Below, one piece after another: positions 12,890 to 25,534 of a stretch of 64,000 nucleotides of DNA. Source of the DNA: Camelus ferus (Eukaryota); assembly GCF_009834535.1 (NCBI RefSeq), contig NC_045707.1, forward strand, positions 53,570,001 through 53,634,000, given 5' to 3'. The notes under the pieces are model-generated. The model searched no databases. It worked only from the letters and a program-made list of their open reading frames with translations, and was not told the DNA's origin. Made by a program: the position numbers and the translations under genes. Numbering within the stretch: the stretch's first letter is position 1; each line of letters opens with the position of its first letter.

Positions 12890-13102
12890 AGGCAGTGAGG
12901 CAGAGTATTTGAGCGCGCAGGATCTGAGTCTAGTGTGTCTTGGACTGAACCCTGACTAAGCTACTAATAGTATGTTCTTGGACTATTTATTCTCTCCGCT
13001 CTTCAGTTTTTTTCATTACAAATATGGGAAAAATTATACCTTCAGGGGGCTGTGGTGTGAATGAGTGAAATAAAACATGAACAAAGTTTAGATGAGTGCC
13101 TA
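12890..13102 (+). mobile_element. MIR SINE
   Basis: MIR core-like 'tctctccgctcttcagtttttttcattacaaatatggg...ataccttcagggggctgtggtgtgaatgagtgaaataa'. A second degenerate MIR is probably at ~12490-12690 (-). Confidence 0.65.
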
Positions 13103-14787
13103 CCTATTTGATATTTTAATCTAGTGGGGAAAAATAGGCCAAATAAAGAGTAATCCCCTGCCTGTCTGGTATTCAGTCAGTGAATATGTGTGTGCACACT
13201 TATGTGCATCAAAGAGGAAAGCAAAATAAATGATTGGCAGCTGGATAAGAGGAGATAGTGTGTTTCAAAGTGAGAAGGCGAGGATTTGAGGGGTTTTTTT
13301 TTTTTTTGGAATGTCATCATTCACCGATACAGAACACCCTTGACTGACCCCTGTGGAATGTTCTTTGATGTTACGTAGAGAAACATTCCCTGATGCCACA
13401 CAGCAATCAACATGTGGACTTAACTATTATGGTAAATGATAGATAAGGATCTAATAAACTCTGGACAAACAGCTCTAATCAGCCAGCCATGGAGTAGGGA
13501 CTCTGAAATGACCGAGGAATCCAGGTTACTCTATTTTAGATTTTTAGATCTAGATTTACTCTGTTCTATCATAGGTGGTACAATCTTCAGAATTTTGCAC
13601 AGCTAATGCCTTTGATGCCCAATGTGAATTAAATATGCTTTAGAAAAGAAAGCGATATGTTACAGGAAACAGTTTTCTCCATGAGCTGCTTATATGCAAG
13701 TCTGTTTTCAAAGAGCTGAATTTCTATGATGAAGTTTCAGTGCTTACCCCATAAGCAACTAGGAATCTGGAAGCAAGCCAGGTGGTTAGTACTCAACACA
13801 TTTAAAGCAAAAGCAATATTGTAGGCTGGCAGACACTTTGATGTTAATGGCACATTAGATTACTCCTCAGACTTTTATTACCAGGACTCCAAAGGTGCAG
13901 CCTTTGATAGGTGACAGTCTTGCTGTGTTTCAAGGAGTGGAACTTCTAATCTCCCTCCAAGTTGTTAGGTTTCACAGTTGTATCACCACGGCCTTGAAGT
14001 TTTTTTGCTCAATTCCAGGACAATTTGTTTCCACTATGACTAGAGCGAAGGGTAAATCAAGTATTCTTGATAATGGCAAGGCAGAACTACAATTTCATTT
14101 ACTTTATAGTTTGTCCTTTTTGTTGTGATTAGGAATTGTCTCTCTAAGCATGTATGGTATGAGTATCTAACAATATTCATAAATTTGATTGAAATAACAA
14201 GAAAAAAACTTTATTTTTTTCCTTTGGAACTTCATATAATCTTTTATAACAAATTTTCTCTGTGAAATAAAATTTTAGTAAGTATATGTATAAATTCTAT
14301 AACTAGCATTTATTACTATCATTTAAAGGCAACTCGGCTATGTTTTTGATTCTATTATGGCTTTAACAATTTGTGATTTATTTTCTAATATATGCAGGTT
14401 TATCAGACATATTTTATAATTGATGAAGCACTCTTATCTGAGCCTGGACATGTTACTATCACTTGATACTTAATAATAATTATTTGCTGTATTCAAATAA
14501 TTATTATCAAGTATTCAAACTAATGTATGTCATCTTTGTAGCAAAAGCAGTAACAGTAAAAAGGCATGAAAGTTGACCAATACAGAAATTTCTTGTTTAG
14601 CACATACAATTCACTTTGAAAAATCATCTAGTTTAGTTTTCATAAAAATATATGTACATTTATGAATTACATTGTATACATATGAAATATGTTAATATAT
14701 TTATATATATGAATTCTAAAGAACATCTGAAAATAATAAATTTAAATAGAATTATTTTAAGTAGAAAGTGAGATAACCTCATCTTAC

Positions 14788-15174
14788 TGTTGGAAGAGGT
14801 AATCAAGAGGACATGTCTGCTGGTTGACCCATGAACTGTACCAGATAATCAGAGCTCTTCATCCCCTCCTCTGTCTTTGGAGTATGTTTGCTTGTACTCC
14901 CTGTACTGGAAGCTGCCCAAGGACACAGCTTTGAGAGCATAATGTAGTTTTGATGCCACCTGGATGGTATACATGACTGAAGCCAGATAGTTAGGGCCTC
15001 TGTATAAACGTCTAACATGCTGGTGAGTGGGTGTAGAGATCTACTCATCTTTTGGCTGCCCAAGACAAGCCTTGCAAGTAAATTTTCTTGCTTATTAAAG
15101 CAAGAAAGAGTTGTCCACCTCTTTCTTCGGTCTCTCCCTGCCCTCTGTGTGTGGGGCCAATTTTTAAACCAACA
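14788..15174 (+). mobile_element. 5' LTR of the same class III provirus
   Basis: Reads TGTTGG...AAACCAACA, with TATA-like TGTATAAA at 15001-15008 and ATTAAA at 15094-15099. CTTAC (14783-14787) precedes it and a PBS follows it. Homologous to the reverse complement of 895-1298. Confidence 0.93.
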
Positions 15175-15176
15175 AT

Positions 15177-15194
15177 TGGAGGGCCATCCTGGAG
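15177..15194 (+). other. Primer-binding site, best match tRNA-Arg(ACG)
   Basis: TGGAGGGCCATCCTGGAG lies 2 nt after the LTR and matches the recalled Arg PBS TGGCGAGCCAGCCAGGAG at 14/18 positions. Confidence 0.65.
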
Positions 15195-15229
15195 AGCAAA
15201 GTAATGAGTCTTGGGAAAGAGGCATCCAT

Positions 15230-15770
15230 GGGGAAAATTCTGAGCTGGCCTTTGAGCTCTATGTTGTGAGGAGGGTGGCCCATATGTTAGATGTTTGTGG
15301 GCAGCTGCATGGGTACAGGGATGCCCCCAAAACTCTGGCTGCTTTGATACGCTTTTTTGAGTAACTGCACGTTTGCACTGTGGCAAAAAAGGAAAACAAA
15401 TGACTTCTGCAGGGGTCTGGCCGCTACTATGGACAGTTTGGCCAGCCACCAATGCCCAGTTTAAGGCTGAAGCTTGAGTTGGAAAGTTGGAAGAAGAGCT
15501 GAAGTTATAGGGGGACATGTGGTTTCCCACCATTCTGTTAGCTTCGCGGCTAGCAGGCAAGATGGGAGAATAGAATAATAAGTTAGAGACCTGGAAGTTT
15601 ACGGACTACTGCAAATTAACGTTCAAGTGCTTATGACCAAACCTGCTTAGGACATTAAGAGGTAGACTCTGGGGGAGTGAGGAGAGCAAAAGGGAAGAGG
15701 CTGTGAGATTGATAATGAAATAAACAGAGTGTCCCATTCCATCCAACCCTTAATACAAAGGAAAAATTTA
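15230..15770 (+). pseudogene. gag: Decayed class III ERV gag, N-terminal part
   Basis: Manual translation gives VAHMLDVCGQLHGYRDAPKTLAAL; AGVWPLLWTVWPATNAQFKAEA*VGKLEEELKL*GDM...LLASRLAGKMGE*NNKLET (coiled-coil-like); and INVQVLMTKPA*DIKR*, which resembles the ERV-L KVRAL...WD motif. It sits right after the PBS. Confidence 0.7.
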
Positions 15771-15779
15771 AATAGTGAT

Positions 15780-16737
15780 TATCCTAGATTTCTGATAATA
15801 GAAAAATATACCCCAAAACTCCTATGAGAAAACTTGCACTTTCTCTGTCCCTTGAAGTTGTAAATCTTATCACATCTATAAATTGTAAACACTACCTACC
15901 ATTGCTTGAGGGAAAAAAAAAAAAAAAAAAAAGGAGAGGAGAGGTTTTTTAAAATACAGACTGCTCTAAAAGCTCTCTTGTCCAAAATCTAGTTTGCAGT
16001 GACCAAGGGCTAAAGTTTTGAAATAAAAGCCATGGGGTTTCTGTTTGTGTCTGTCTCTCTGTATATGTCTATGGATATATATTATGGACATTCAATGTTT
16101 TTCTACTTTCAGAGGGTTTTGCCAAAATTAATTTATAAAAGAGCTCTACTTCATTGACTTAAAGAGCGCACTAAGCTTTACTATCAGTACTGTATTTATG
16201 TAAAACTGAACTGAACGTTCTTTCATATGCTAAAAAGGTGAGGTTTTCTTGGGTTGTTGGTTTGTTCTTGATAGGAATATAAAAGGTTTTTCTTTACTTA
16301 ACAAGTAATCTGCCTAGAAAACAAAGATTCCGTGTTTTATCAAAATAATTTCCTGTGCTTCATTTTTTTTTTATCAGATCTTTTACTACTTAAGAAAACC
16401 AAGCCTTCTCTAGTAAAAGAGCTATGGTTGGTTGGTTTGTTTTTTGCAACTATATAACTCCCTACTTTTGCCTTTGAAATCTTCAGTTGTCTCTTTGGTT
16501 AAATGGATAACTAAATATTGTTTCATAGTAAATTATGGTACTATTTAATCAAGTATTGTAAAACCTTTTAATATTTTTAACAAAATTCCCCCAAATCAAA
16601 TTCTGAACCTTAAACTAACTAGAATTTTCCAGAGGGCCCCTGAAACATCTCAAAAAATGTGTTCTCTCTCCTTTTAAAAGAAAAATATCAAACTAAGTAG
16701 GCTTGTTTAATACGTTAAATTTCATGGTGAATATGGT
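15780..16737 (+). mobile_element. MER4-group (ERV1)-like non-coding internal segment, proximal half
   Basis: Contains 'agtaatctgcctagaaaacaaagattccgtgttttatcaaaataatttcctgtgcttc' and 'ttttccagagggcccctgaaacatctcaaaa...aaactaagtaggcttgtttaatacgttaaatttcatgg', resembling MER4-group internal consensus. It stops abruptly at ~16737. Confidence 0.75.
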
Positions 16738-18043
16738 ATTATCCATTACTTCTGTTCACTGTGAGATTTAAGACTGTTTTATGAAGTGGAAAAAAAAGGT
16801 ATTTACATTTTTGACTTACCGTATGGTCCTGCCATGACTTTACCACTACAGAATCCTTTTTCCCCCCATCTGTGAACCCTTCAGTCTACTGCAGCAATCT
16901 CAGGGAGGGTGGCCTCGAATAGGAAGAGCAGCAGCAGCTCTTGGGAAGCAGCATTAGGTCTCAGACTCACTTTTGGAAAGAACCTGACAACTGCATGTTT
17001 CTGCCCCCAGTTGATGTGTCAGTTTAGATCACTGATGCCAAAAACCAGAAAGGCAAAGTTATCAGAAAATCTCAAGTAAATTAGAAGGATATCCTCCAGC
17101 CACAAATTCTCTTATCCTTCAGCACACAAAGCTAATGTTCCAGGAGTTTAGCTATTGAGCTGGTAAAGGAGATTGTCACACCCTGAAGTCCATGGGGAAC
17201 CATGTCAAGCTGAATCCACAGAACACACTATTTTATACTTACTTTTAAAGACACAGTGCATGGAAGGAACTTTTACTGCAATTTATAAAAGTAATAATCT
17301 CACTGTACTAATACTTGTCTATCTTTGCCTTTCTTTTTTGGTAACTGAAGATTTCATGTAATTATCTGCAATGTGAGTTGATATTAAAATATCAAATGGT
17401 AATTAGGTGAGGAAAGTAAAATTCAATAAACAAATACAATTATTAAAATTTCTGCTGTCCCCATTTTTAAAAAAATCTTTGGTTCTCGTATAATAATGTC
17501 ATAGTAACTTTTTCTCTTACATAAGAGAATGGCTATACTTACTTTTCAATGATTCTGCTTTGTTCAAAGAAATACATGCCCTGCATTCAAAAACTGTGAT
17601 AACAAAAGAATTATTTTATAAGAAATTTAATATAATACTCCCTATCCTTGGGTGGAGTAGAGTTATTTCTTGGGTAATTTGATGAAATGGTATTTCATTA
17701 GAGGAAAACCTATACTTATTAGGAAACGATGGTTTCGTGCATATGCAAATGAGATAGCTATTCATCCTTTTACTTCCTCACCTCCATACTAGCCATAAAG
17801 AAATTAGAATGCTACAGCTACAATCTTTGAATTTGTGAAGTCAGTTAGCATCTTTCTTTAATGGGAATGTTAGGAGGTAGCATAAGATTTTTTTCTCTTT
17901 GGGGAAGACCAAAGCTCTGAAAAGGTATCTGGACTATTAACCCGTAAACCAGACAACAGCTCAAAAATTCAAGGAATAAATATGGAGTTGAGGATAATCT
18001 CTGAAATAATTCTACCTTGGTAACCTAAGAAAATGACTGAGAT

Positions 18044-18535
18044 TGTTACTGAGTCCAAACTCATTCTGCTTGCTGCACAACAGGCCAATAAATCGGGAGA
18101 CAAAGGTGTTGGGGCAAGGAATAATGACTATTGGGAAAGCTGGCTGACTTGGCAGACTAAAGTCCTTGAGAATCGTCTTCCCCACATCAGAATTCAGGCT
18201 CCTTTTATACTAAAAAGGAGAGGTGGCGTGGTTGTTGCAAACTTGTTGATGTTGGAATCCTTTGTTCTTACAGCTGTCAGCATGGGTCAGGTCATGGTGT
18301 CCCTGTAAACCACCAAATGTTATTTTCTATTCTGCAACTTTTTATCTTTATATAAATGGAAAAGTGTTAATACCCTTGAGGTCAGAGCCTTGAGAATAGG
18401 CTATATTTCAAGCTATAGACAACATTCTTTTATAAAAGGTGCAGAACCAGCATGACTAAGCCCAGGAAACAGAGCACAGGGTTAGAGCCAAAGGAACAGA
18501 TCAATATGGAGTCAGATTTGTTCTCTTCTGTTACA
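18044..18535 (-). mobile_element. Solo LTR, ERV1 class (MER41-like, lineage-specific), 492 bp
   Basis: TGTTAC...TGTTACA termini with a perfect 4-bp TSD AGAT (18040-18043 and 18536-18539). TATA-like tract 'cttttatact' on the minus strand. Confidence 0.88.
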
Positions 18536-18785
18536 AGATCACAGCAACAGGATTCACTTCAACAGGCAAAAAAATAAAGTCAGGTAAGAGAAGAAACTCT
18601 TGTCTAGGTCAGCTCCTCTGGAGGGAGGATATGAATAGCAAAAGAAACTAGTAGAAGGAGTTGGAAAGATGTTGAAGAGACAAGCAGTTGAAGATCAAGT
18701 TAAGATAAAAATTAGCTACAAAACATTTTTTCTTACAAAGACAGTGGAAGCAAAGAGGCATATTGCCACATGTTATTCCCAGTCT

Positions 18786-19405
18786 TGTTGCTGAAACTTG
18801 GCTTCCATACCCCACTTACCACATTGAGACTCAAGGACAGAGTTTTGGATGAAGTAGAAAAGGCAGCTTTATTTCTTTGCCAGGCAAAGGAGGTCACAGT
18901 GGGCTAATACCTCCAAGACTGTGAACCTGTGGGGGAGAGAAGGTAGAGGGCTTCATAGTAAGGGTTCAAGAGGTGGCACTGGTTTCCATAGAGATCACAT
19001 GCAGGGTAACAATTTGTTGTGTTGTCCTTATTTTTGCAGTTGGCAGTGATCCCTTTTCTTCTGCTGGGTGTGATGTTCACCTCCAACTTTGGAACTCTTC
19101 TAATATTCTTGTGCCTAGAACAAAGAGTGCTTAGGAAAGGGGTCTGTGGAAAAGTGCTCTAGAGAAAAACTTGGGCAGTTTAAAGTCAGGTTGATACATG
19201 CTTCTGTTATTTTGGGCAGGCTGAGGCTTGGGACCTCTTGCTGTGGTGTTTGCATAGGCTGGGATTGCACCTGGAAAAACAGAATACAAAGAAACTACAA
19301 GAAGCTAAAAATAGCTGCAGACATGCACAGTTGGGGCGAGTTATGGTCAACAAGGTTCACAAAACACTCAACTGCTGTTTCTGAGGTATCGGGAGCAAAA
19401 TGAGG
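18786..19405 (-). mobile_element. ERV1-type LTR sequence, possibly two abutting LTR pieces
   Basis: Starts TGTTGCTGAA and contains 'gacagagttttggatgaagtagaaaaggcagctttatttctttgccaggcaaagg' (minus-strand poly-A signal region). 19270-19405 resembles another cetartiodactyl LTR segment. The right boundary and orientation of that part are uncertain. Confidence 0.6.
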
Positions 19406-21522
19406 GGAATGGGCAGATCACCCAAGTCCCTCCCTCCTCTCCAGCCTAACCCTGGTCAGCAAAAGAATGAGAAGAGCCCTTTAAACCATTATTCAGTTAA
19501 GAAATTTCAAACACCATTACCAATACCGATGGTCACCAAAATGACAGTCTCTCTGCTCCTTCTGAGTTAGGTGCCTGTCCTCTATGTTCTAATAGAACTA
19601 TGTTGGTGTACTTTCCACTTCACATCATGTTATTGGCTTACCTCCCTCTCCAGTCAAATTAGGAGCAGACTGAAAGCAACATGAAGTCTGTTACTTCTTT
19701 ATCCTCAGTGCTTAGCACAAGATCTGGAATATACTGTTTATCAACTATCTGTCAAATGAGTGAGCCAGATTTAGTACTATGATCCTGAGAGACACAAAAT
19801 AATCAAGTAAACATCCAAAACCAAAATAAGTATTACTCTAGAGTAAAATCTGAAATGATACGGAAGCACACACAGTTGATACAGTTCCAATTACATGCAA
19901 AGACACTTAATACTGTTTAGCCTATGTGTAAATAATGATTTATAGACAAATGTTAATTGTACTTTAGGAATTTTAAAATATTGAAAATAGTTTATTAATG
20001 CTTCTGCTTATTAATTGATCCCTAGTTGGACTCTAGTGAGCTAGAACTCAAGAAATCCAGGAGAGCTGAGGTCTGGAGTGTTTCTGGACCTAGACTAAAG
20101 CTGAGTTTATGGATGAATATTAGATGATCCTCTCTCAAGATAGGAAATCTGCCAACCTTGGAAAACGACAGGCTGCCATCTCACATCACAGTTCTTTAAA
20201 GTTAACTGATTTATTACTGACCATTCTTTTTACATAGTTGCAAGGGAAAGCACTAAGGAGAGTTGGGGAACATCACACCCACAAATCAGTGTTTGCCCCA
20301 AGGTGAATCCGGACATTTGGAAGAGGCTTATACTGAAGGTAAAGATTAACGTCACAACTTGATTAGGAAGTATCCATTGAAGAAAAGTAGAGACACCTAA
20401 GTTAAACCAATTGCTATATTTATCTTAAGTATATTTATCTGTGTATAAAATCCTTGATTCAAATAAATATTCTGAAATCTAGAGGAGATGGCAATTAATG
20501 GGCTAGGTAGATTAAGTGGGAAGTGAAAAGAGTTTCAAGAAAACAGAAAAGTGAGAAAGTTGAGCTTAAGTTTTTGGACTTCACCTTTAAGAGAATAACA
20601 GAATCCCAATCTGTATTACTATTAAAAGGCAAAACAGAAGGCAGATGAGTGAGAGTATTAGAATGTCTATCTTAGCATAGAAATGATATTCCAAAATTTT
20701 TACCCAAGAGAATTTTTTTGTTGTTTGTAGAATGATAAAGCTCTTTCTCACCTTCATCTCTGGTGACTGTGGAATAGAGAACTGAGAAATGGCGGGAGTT
20801 ACGTATGGTACAGTGAAAAAGAAACTTCACCTTCTCATTTGTGTCAGTCAAGCTAGAGTCCTTATTCTCATGCCTTTCTCCCTTCTAAGGTCTAGTCTTG
20901 CTTCTGAATCTTCTGCCAGAGGAAGATGGAAAATATAGACCATTTTTATTACAGTCAAGTTGAGAAATAAAGATTGATTTGCTTAAGATCAGTTAAATTA
21001 AGCATGAGGGTGGGAAGAATTTCCTGTTTCCTAAAATCTGATGCTGATGCTAAGCATATTAAGAATGTTTAAAGTTGCTAAAAGTATTGTGATTTAGAAC
21101 AAAATACAACAGTCATATGTAAAGTAACTGTCAACAGTTTATAATATCTTTTAACTCATCTTTTCCCTAGAAGAAAATAATTCCAAAGTCTAAGAAACAC
21201 TGATAAGATTATGACTTAGAAAGTATTACTAATGATAAATGATAATGTAGAATTATCTTATTAAGCTTTGTAAATTTGTTTTTTCTGAAAGATATCTAAG
21301 AATTATATGCACAGAATGTCATCATTTCTTACTAAGCTATATTTTCTTTAATTTTAGGTGGGGTCTACTAAATCTATTAATGCAAAGTTGTCATGCATGC
21401 CAATAGTAATTCTCTCACTGGAATAACATAATGTCATTTTAATGCAAAATATAGATTTAAAAGATCCATACAAATGAAAAATGGAACGTAATTTTGAGGT
21501 TAGCACATGAAGTTTGTTAAAG

Positions 21523-21588
21523 AAGCAAATAGTGAACATATAGGTCTTTATCAAGCAAATAGTGAATCTTAAATAGGTCCTTATCAAG
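21523..21588. repeat. Short tandem duplication, 2 x ~30 bp
   Basis: aagcaaatagtgaacatataggtctttatc followed by aagcaaatagtgaatcttaaataggtccttatc. Confidence 0.85.
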
Positions 21589-22044
21589 TTATTTTCTATT
21601 TGCATGGCCTCTTATTAGCTACTTGACCTAGTGGGGTGTCACTTAAGAGCTTTAACTACATAGTTAAAATTTTGATTTTTTTTTTTTGGATTAAATTGAA
21701 TCTAGGGGTTTGCACTCCAAAATATTAACTACCTTCAGAGTTTGAGGAAATTTATGCCAAATCAAAAATTTCACTAAGCAAAGTTAAATATGTAAGGAAG
21801 ACTTTATTCTAGGCTGTTACAGTGGGGATACAGTTAGAATGCAGTATGAAATCAGCTCTGCTGAAACAGGGCTAGAGGATTTAAAAGGAATCATTTACTT
21901 TTTAATTTATGCTTTGAACATGTATTTTAGGAGCACTCTGCCCATTTCTTGATACGAACATTGGATATGCCAATATGGAGCTTAAAATATGGTATTCGTG
22001 AATTACTTATACCTTTCACGTAATGTAATGTTAATAAAGATTTC

Positions 22045-22226
22045 CAAAGGGGATGGGGTAAGGGAGAGAGGGAATGTAGAATGGAAAGAGACAGAGAAGC
22101 AAGAGAAGAGAGAGATGAAAAGATAAGGAATAAAAGAAAGAGAAGAAAGTCCAAAGACAAGATGAGGAGAGTAAAAGAGAAGGAAGGGGAGGGGAGAGGA
22201 AAGGAAGAAGAGAAAAAGAAGAAAAA
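22045..22226. repeat. GA-rich low-complexity tract
   Basis: Nearly pure purine on the + strand. Confidence 0.85.
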
Positions 22227-23099
22227 TCAGGACTTTTCCACTTAAATTTATTACCTTCCTCTATGATAAACTCAGTGCACCTGTCAAGACTTCTGCCCCA
22301 AAAGACTGACGCCTGCCATCTGTTAGCTGTTCAGCCTAGTCAGCCTTTAGCTTGCTGTTAACAATGGTCCAGTGTAGAATTACAGTTCAAGATAAAGCAC
22401 CCATTTGGTAACTATTATTTTTCTTACTTGTCTAACTTAGTTCTTTCTTGTTAGTTATCAAATATTCTTATGTCTGCTTTTTTAACACATCTCTTTCTGA
22501 CCAACCTTTTTTTCAGAAGTTTCTCAAGCTATTGTAAAATTTTTATAATCCAAATACACTTTTGTGGATCTCTTAAACACATTGTGTCTTTCCTCTGCCT
22601 GTCCCATACCCTGTCATTCTTTCAAAAATGTAACATAAAATAAAAATTATAATTATTCATATAAATAGTTGTAATTTTAATGGTTGGTACCAATAAGTAT
22701 GTGCACCCTCCTAGACTTTTAATTAATTAACCAGTTAATACACACAATGTCACATGCAAACAATTGTAATTGTCATTTGGTATGTATATTTTTATATACA
22801 ATGTGTATTTTACATATAAGAGACACAAGTGCATTTAAATTAAAAACTTCTCATTGATAAATTCGACTTCCAGTGTTTAAAATAAATTTCCAAATCTACT
22901 AAATGTTTGTCTCAAGATTGTCCTGAATATGACTTGAATTAAACACTACTAAACCATAATAATTTTGAGAATTTTACAATTTAATAATCTCTTTTTGACT
23001 GAGAGAAATCAGTCTATTTGGTTACTTTTGCATAATCTAGTTTATTTCTACATTGTCCAAATAGAATGAATATTTTGTAGATAATTTAAAAATTAGTAG

Positions 23100-23474
23100 C
23101 ATGATAGACTGAATGTTTATGTCGCCCCAAATACATATGTTGAAAGCCTAACTGCCAGTGTGATGTTATTTGGCAGTGGGGCCTCTGGGAAGTAATTAGG
23201 TTTAGATGAGGTCATGAGGGTGACCCTTACCCACCATGGGATTAGTGTTCATATAATAAGAAGAAGCTAGACCAGAACTCTTTCTCTCTGCCATGGGAGG
23301 ACATAATGAGAAGGTGGCTTTCTATATGCCAGGAAAACTGTTCTCATGAGAAACTGAATCTGCTGGTACTTTGATTTAGGACTTCCCAGCTTCCAGAACT
23401 GTGAGAAATAAATATCTGCTCGTTTAAGTTACCCAGAGTATATTTTGTTATAACAGCCAAAACTAAATAAGACA
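23100..23474 (+). mobile_element. MLT1A-type MaLR solo LTR
   Basis: 'gactgaatgtttatgtc...aggtttagatgaggtcatgagggtg...ggacttcccagcttccagaactgtgagaaataaat...taagaca'. Confidence 0.9.
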
Positions 23475-25534
23475 AGATTATAGATATTTTGATGATTACA
23501 GTGAATGGTTAGTACAGTTCAATTTAAATATCTTATGATTAACTGAACAATTCATTATATTCTCTACTCTCACTTTCCTTCTTTCCATATTAAACACAGA
23601 TGTTTTTTGGGCACTTTGATACATATTATGCTCTCTGTAGACACTACATGGAGTCACGGAATTTACAGTATTCAATGACTCTTCCACCATAGTTATCTAG
23701 GACTAGCCTCCTATTTATGTTTGAGAGAAGGGACCAAGGAAGACATAACTTTTACTATCTCATGGACCTGTCCACTTTTTCTAAGGGAAAGAAAGCAGTA
23801 ATTGTCTAAATATGTTTTTATAGACATGTGCTGAACTAAACAGCACAGATGGAAGAAAATAATCTACCTTTAAAATACAGGTACACAACTGTAAAAAACT
23901 GAAATAAATCAAAGTGTGAAGTTCAAGGGAAAACTAGGAAATTTCAAATTAATTTTATTGTGGAAGTAAATAATTTTCTCATTCAGATGAAAACCAAATT
24001 AACATTTTAAAGATAGTTAAGTAAAAAATGTGCTTATTATATGATGGTTATTATTAATTAGGTTAAATACAAATTTATTGGTACATAGTAAATGCTTCTG
24101 GTATTTAAAGAGTTTAAGAATCAATTTTATAGGTACTCTCATACACTTAAAATATTACTCAAATAGTCATGTGCATTTATAACTATACAATATAAAATAT
24201 ATTAGCCTTATGAATATTTAATTTTTAGTGAGAATGGAAATACTGTTTTTAGATGATTAAAATACATGTAGACACTAAGGAAATGTTGGCTACTGTATAT
24301 TTTATCACTGATCAAAAGATAAATTATATATTACTCTTCACATTTTATACTTAAATATTGCGCTTCAAGAAAACATTCTTAAGGGAGGATTTTTAATATA
24401 AGAAAATTACTCTAAAATAGTTTAAAATACCACTAATTATAATCCTCAATAATCAAACTTAGAAAAAAGACTAATTTTTCAGTGCCTTTATGAAAATAAA
24501 TTTTGACTTTATCTGAAATATTTTAATCACTTTTAATTTCTAGCATCTCAGGGTTTCATAATGAAACAGTACTGTTTGATTAAAATTTTACCATGGGTTA
24601 TACAAAGTGTTGATTTTTTTAACTTCCTGCTTTGAGAATTATTATTTATAGCTTTAATGAAAAATTTTAAATACAGATTTTTATATTTTGATTTTTATAT
24701 ACTTTTAAAATAGAGTTACTACACTATATGTACAAAGATTAACATTTTTATTTGTCTCTGTGCCATTATATAACAGCTTTTCAATTATTTTTTGTTATAT
24801 ATAATACCTAACACATAAGTAACTTTATAAATGTAGTAACTCTTACTGTAAAGGCTGTGTTTTGAATTATAGTTGTCTTCCTTGAGTAAGATGTGTTTTT
24901 ATTTGTTCTCTAGCTCTCAATAATTTTTTACTTAAAAGATTTCACATATGGCATATATTTATTTTGCTGGCATTTTACGTATGTCCACATATCCTGTTAT
25001 TACAATGGCAAATGGCAGAAACATTTACACATCCTCCCTGGAGACACCTACCAACATCCTGAACCTTAAATATTCATACAAGTAAAATCACAAGAAAAAT
25101 GAACAGTTCAAAGTTAAAGTACTCAGCATACAGGAAATAAAATGTCTTGAACAGGATGCAGCAGGAACTATAGCTCATTGAAATGGATCCACTAGTAATT
25201 CCCTTCAATGAGTTGGAAAGTTATATGCTCTGTTTCAAATAGTTTAGATATTACTCTAGTAATTTAAATACACATGCTTAATTTTAAAGTCCAATGTCTA
25301 TCATTTTTCCTCCTCCTGCATAATTTAGTATATTAGAACATTTTAACATCATTCACTTCCACAACTTATTTGCAATGACTATTTTTATCTTAATTCTATT
25401 TTATTCTTTCTTTTTCTTAAACTCCAAAAGATACGATGTGTATTGCCTTATGTCATCAGTATTTATTTCAGTTTACTGGCATACCACTCCGTTTTGTTGT
25501 TCTTTTTTTTTTTTTTTTCATTTTTTAAGAATTG

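Noticed and set aside
15045..15560. 171-aa minus-strand ORF, the longest in the window, and overlapping ORFs 14803-15225 and 15017-15364
   Set aside because: They lie antisense to or across the ERV LTR and gag relic. They are not host genes.
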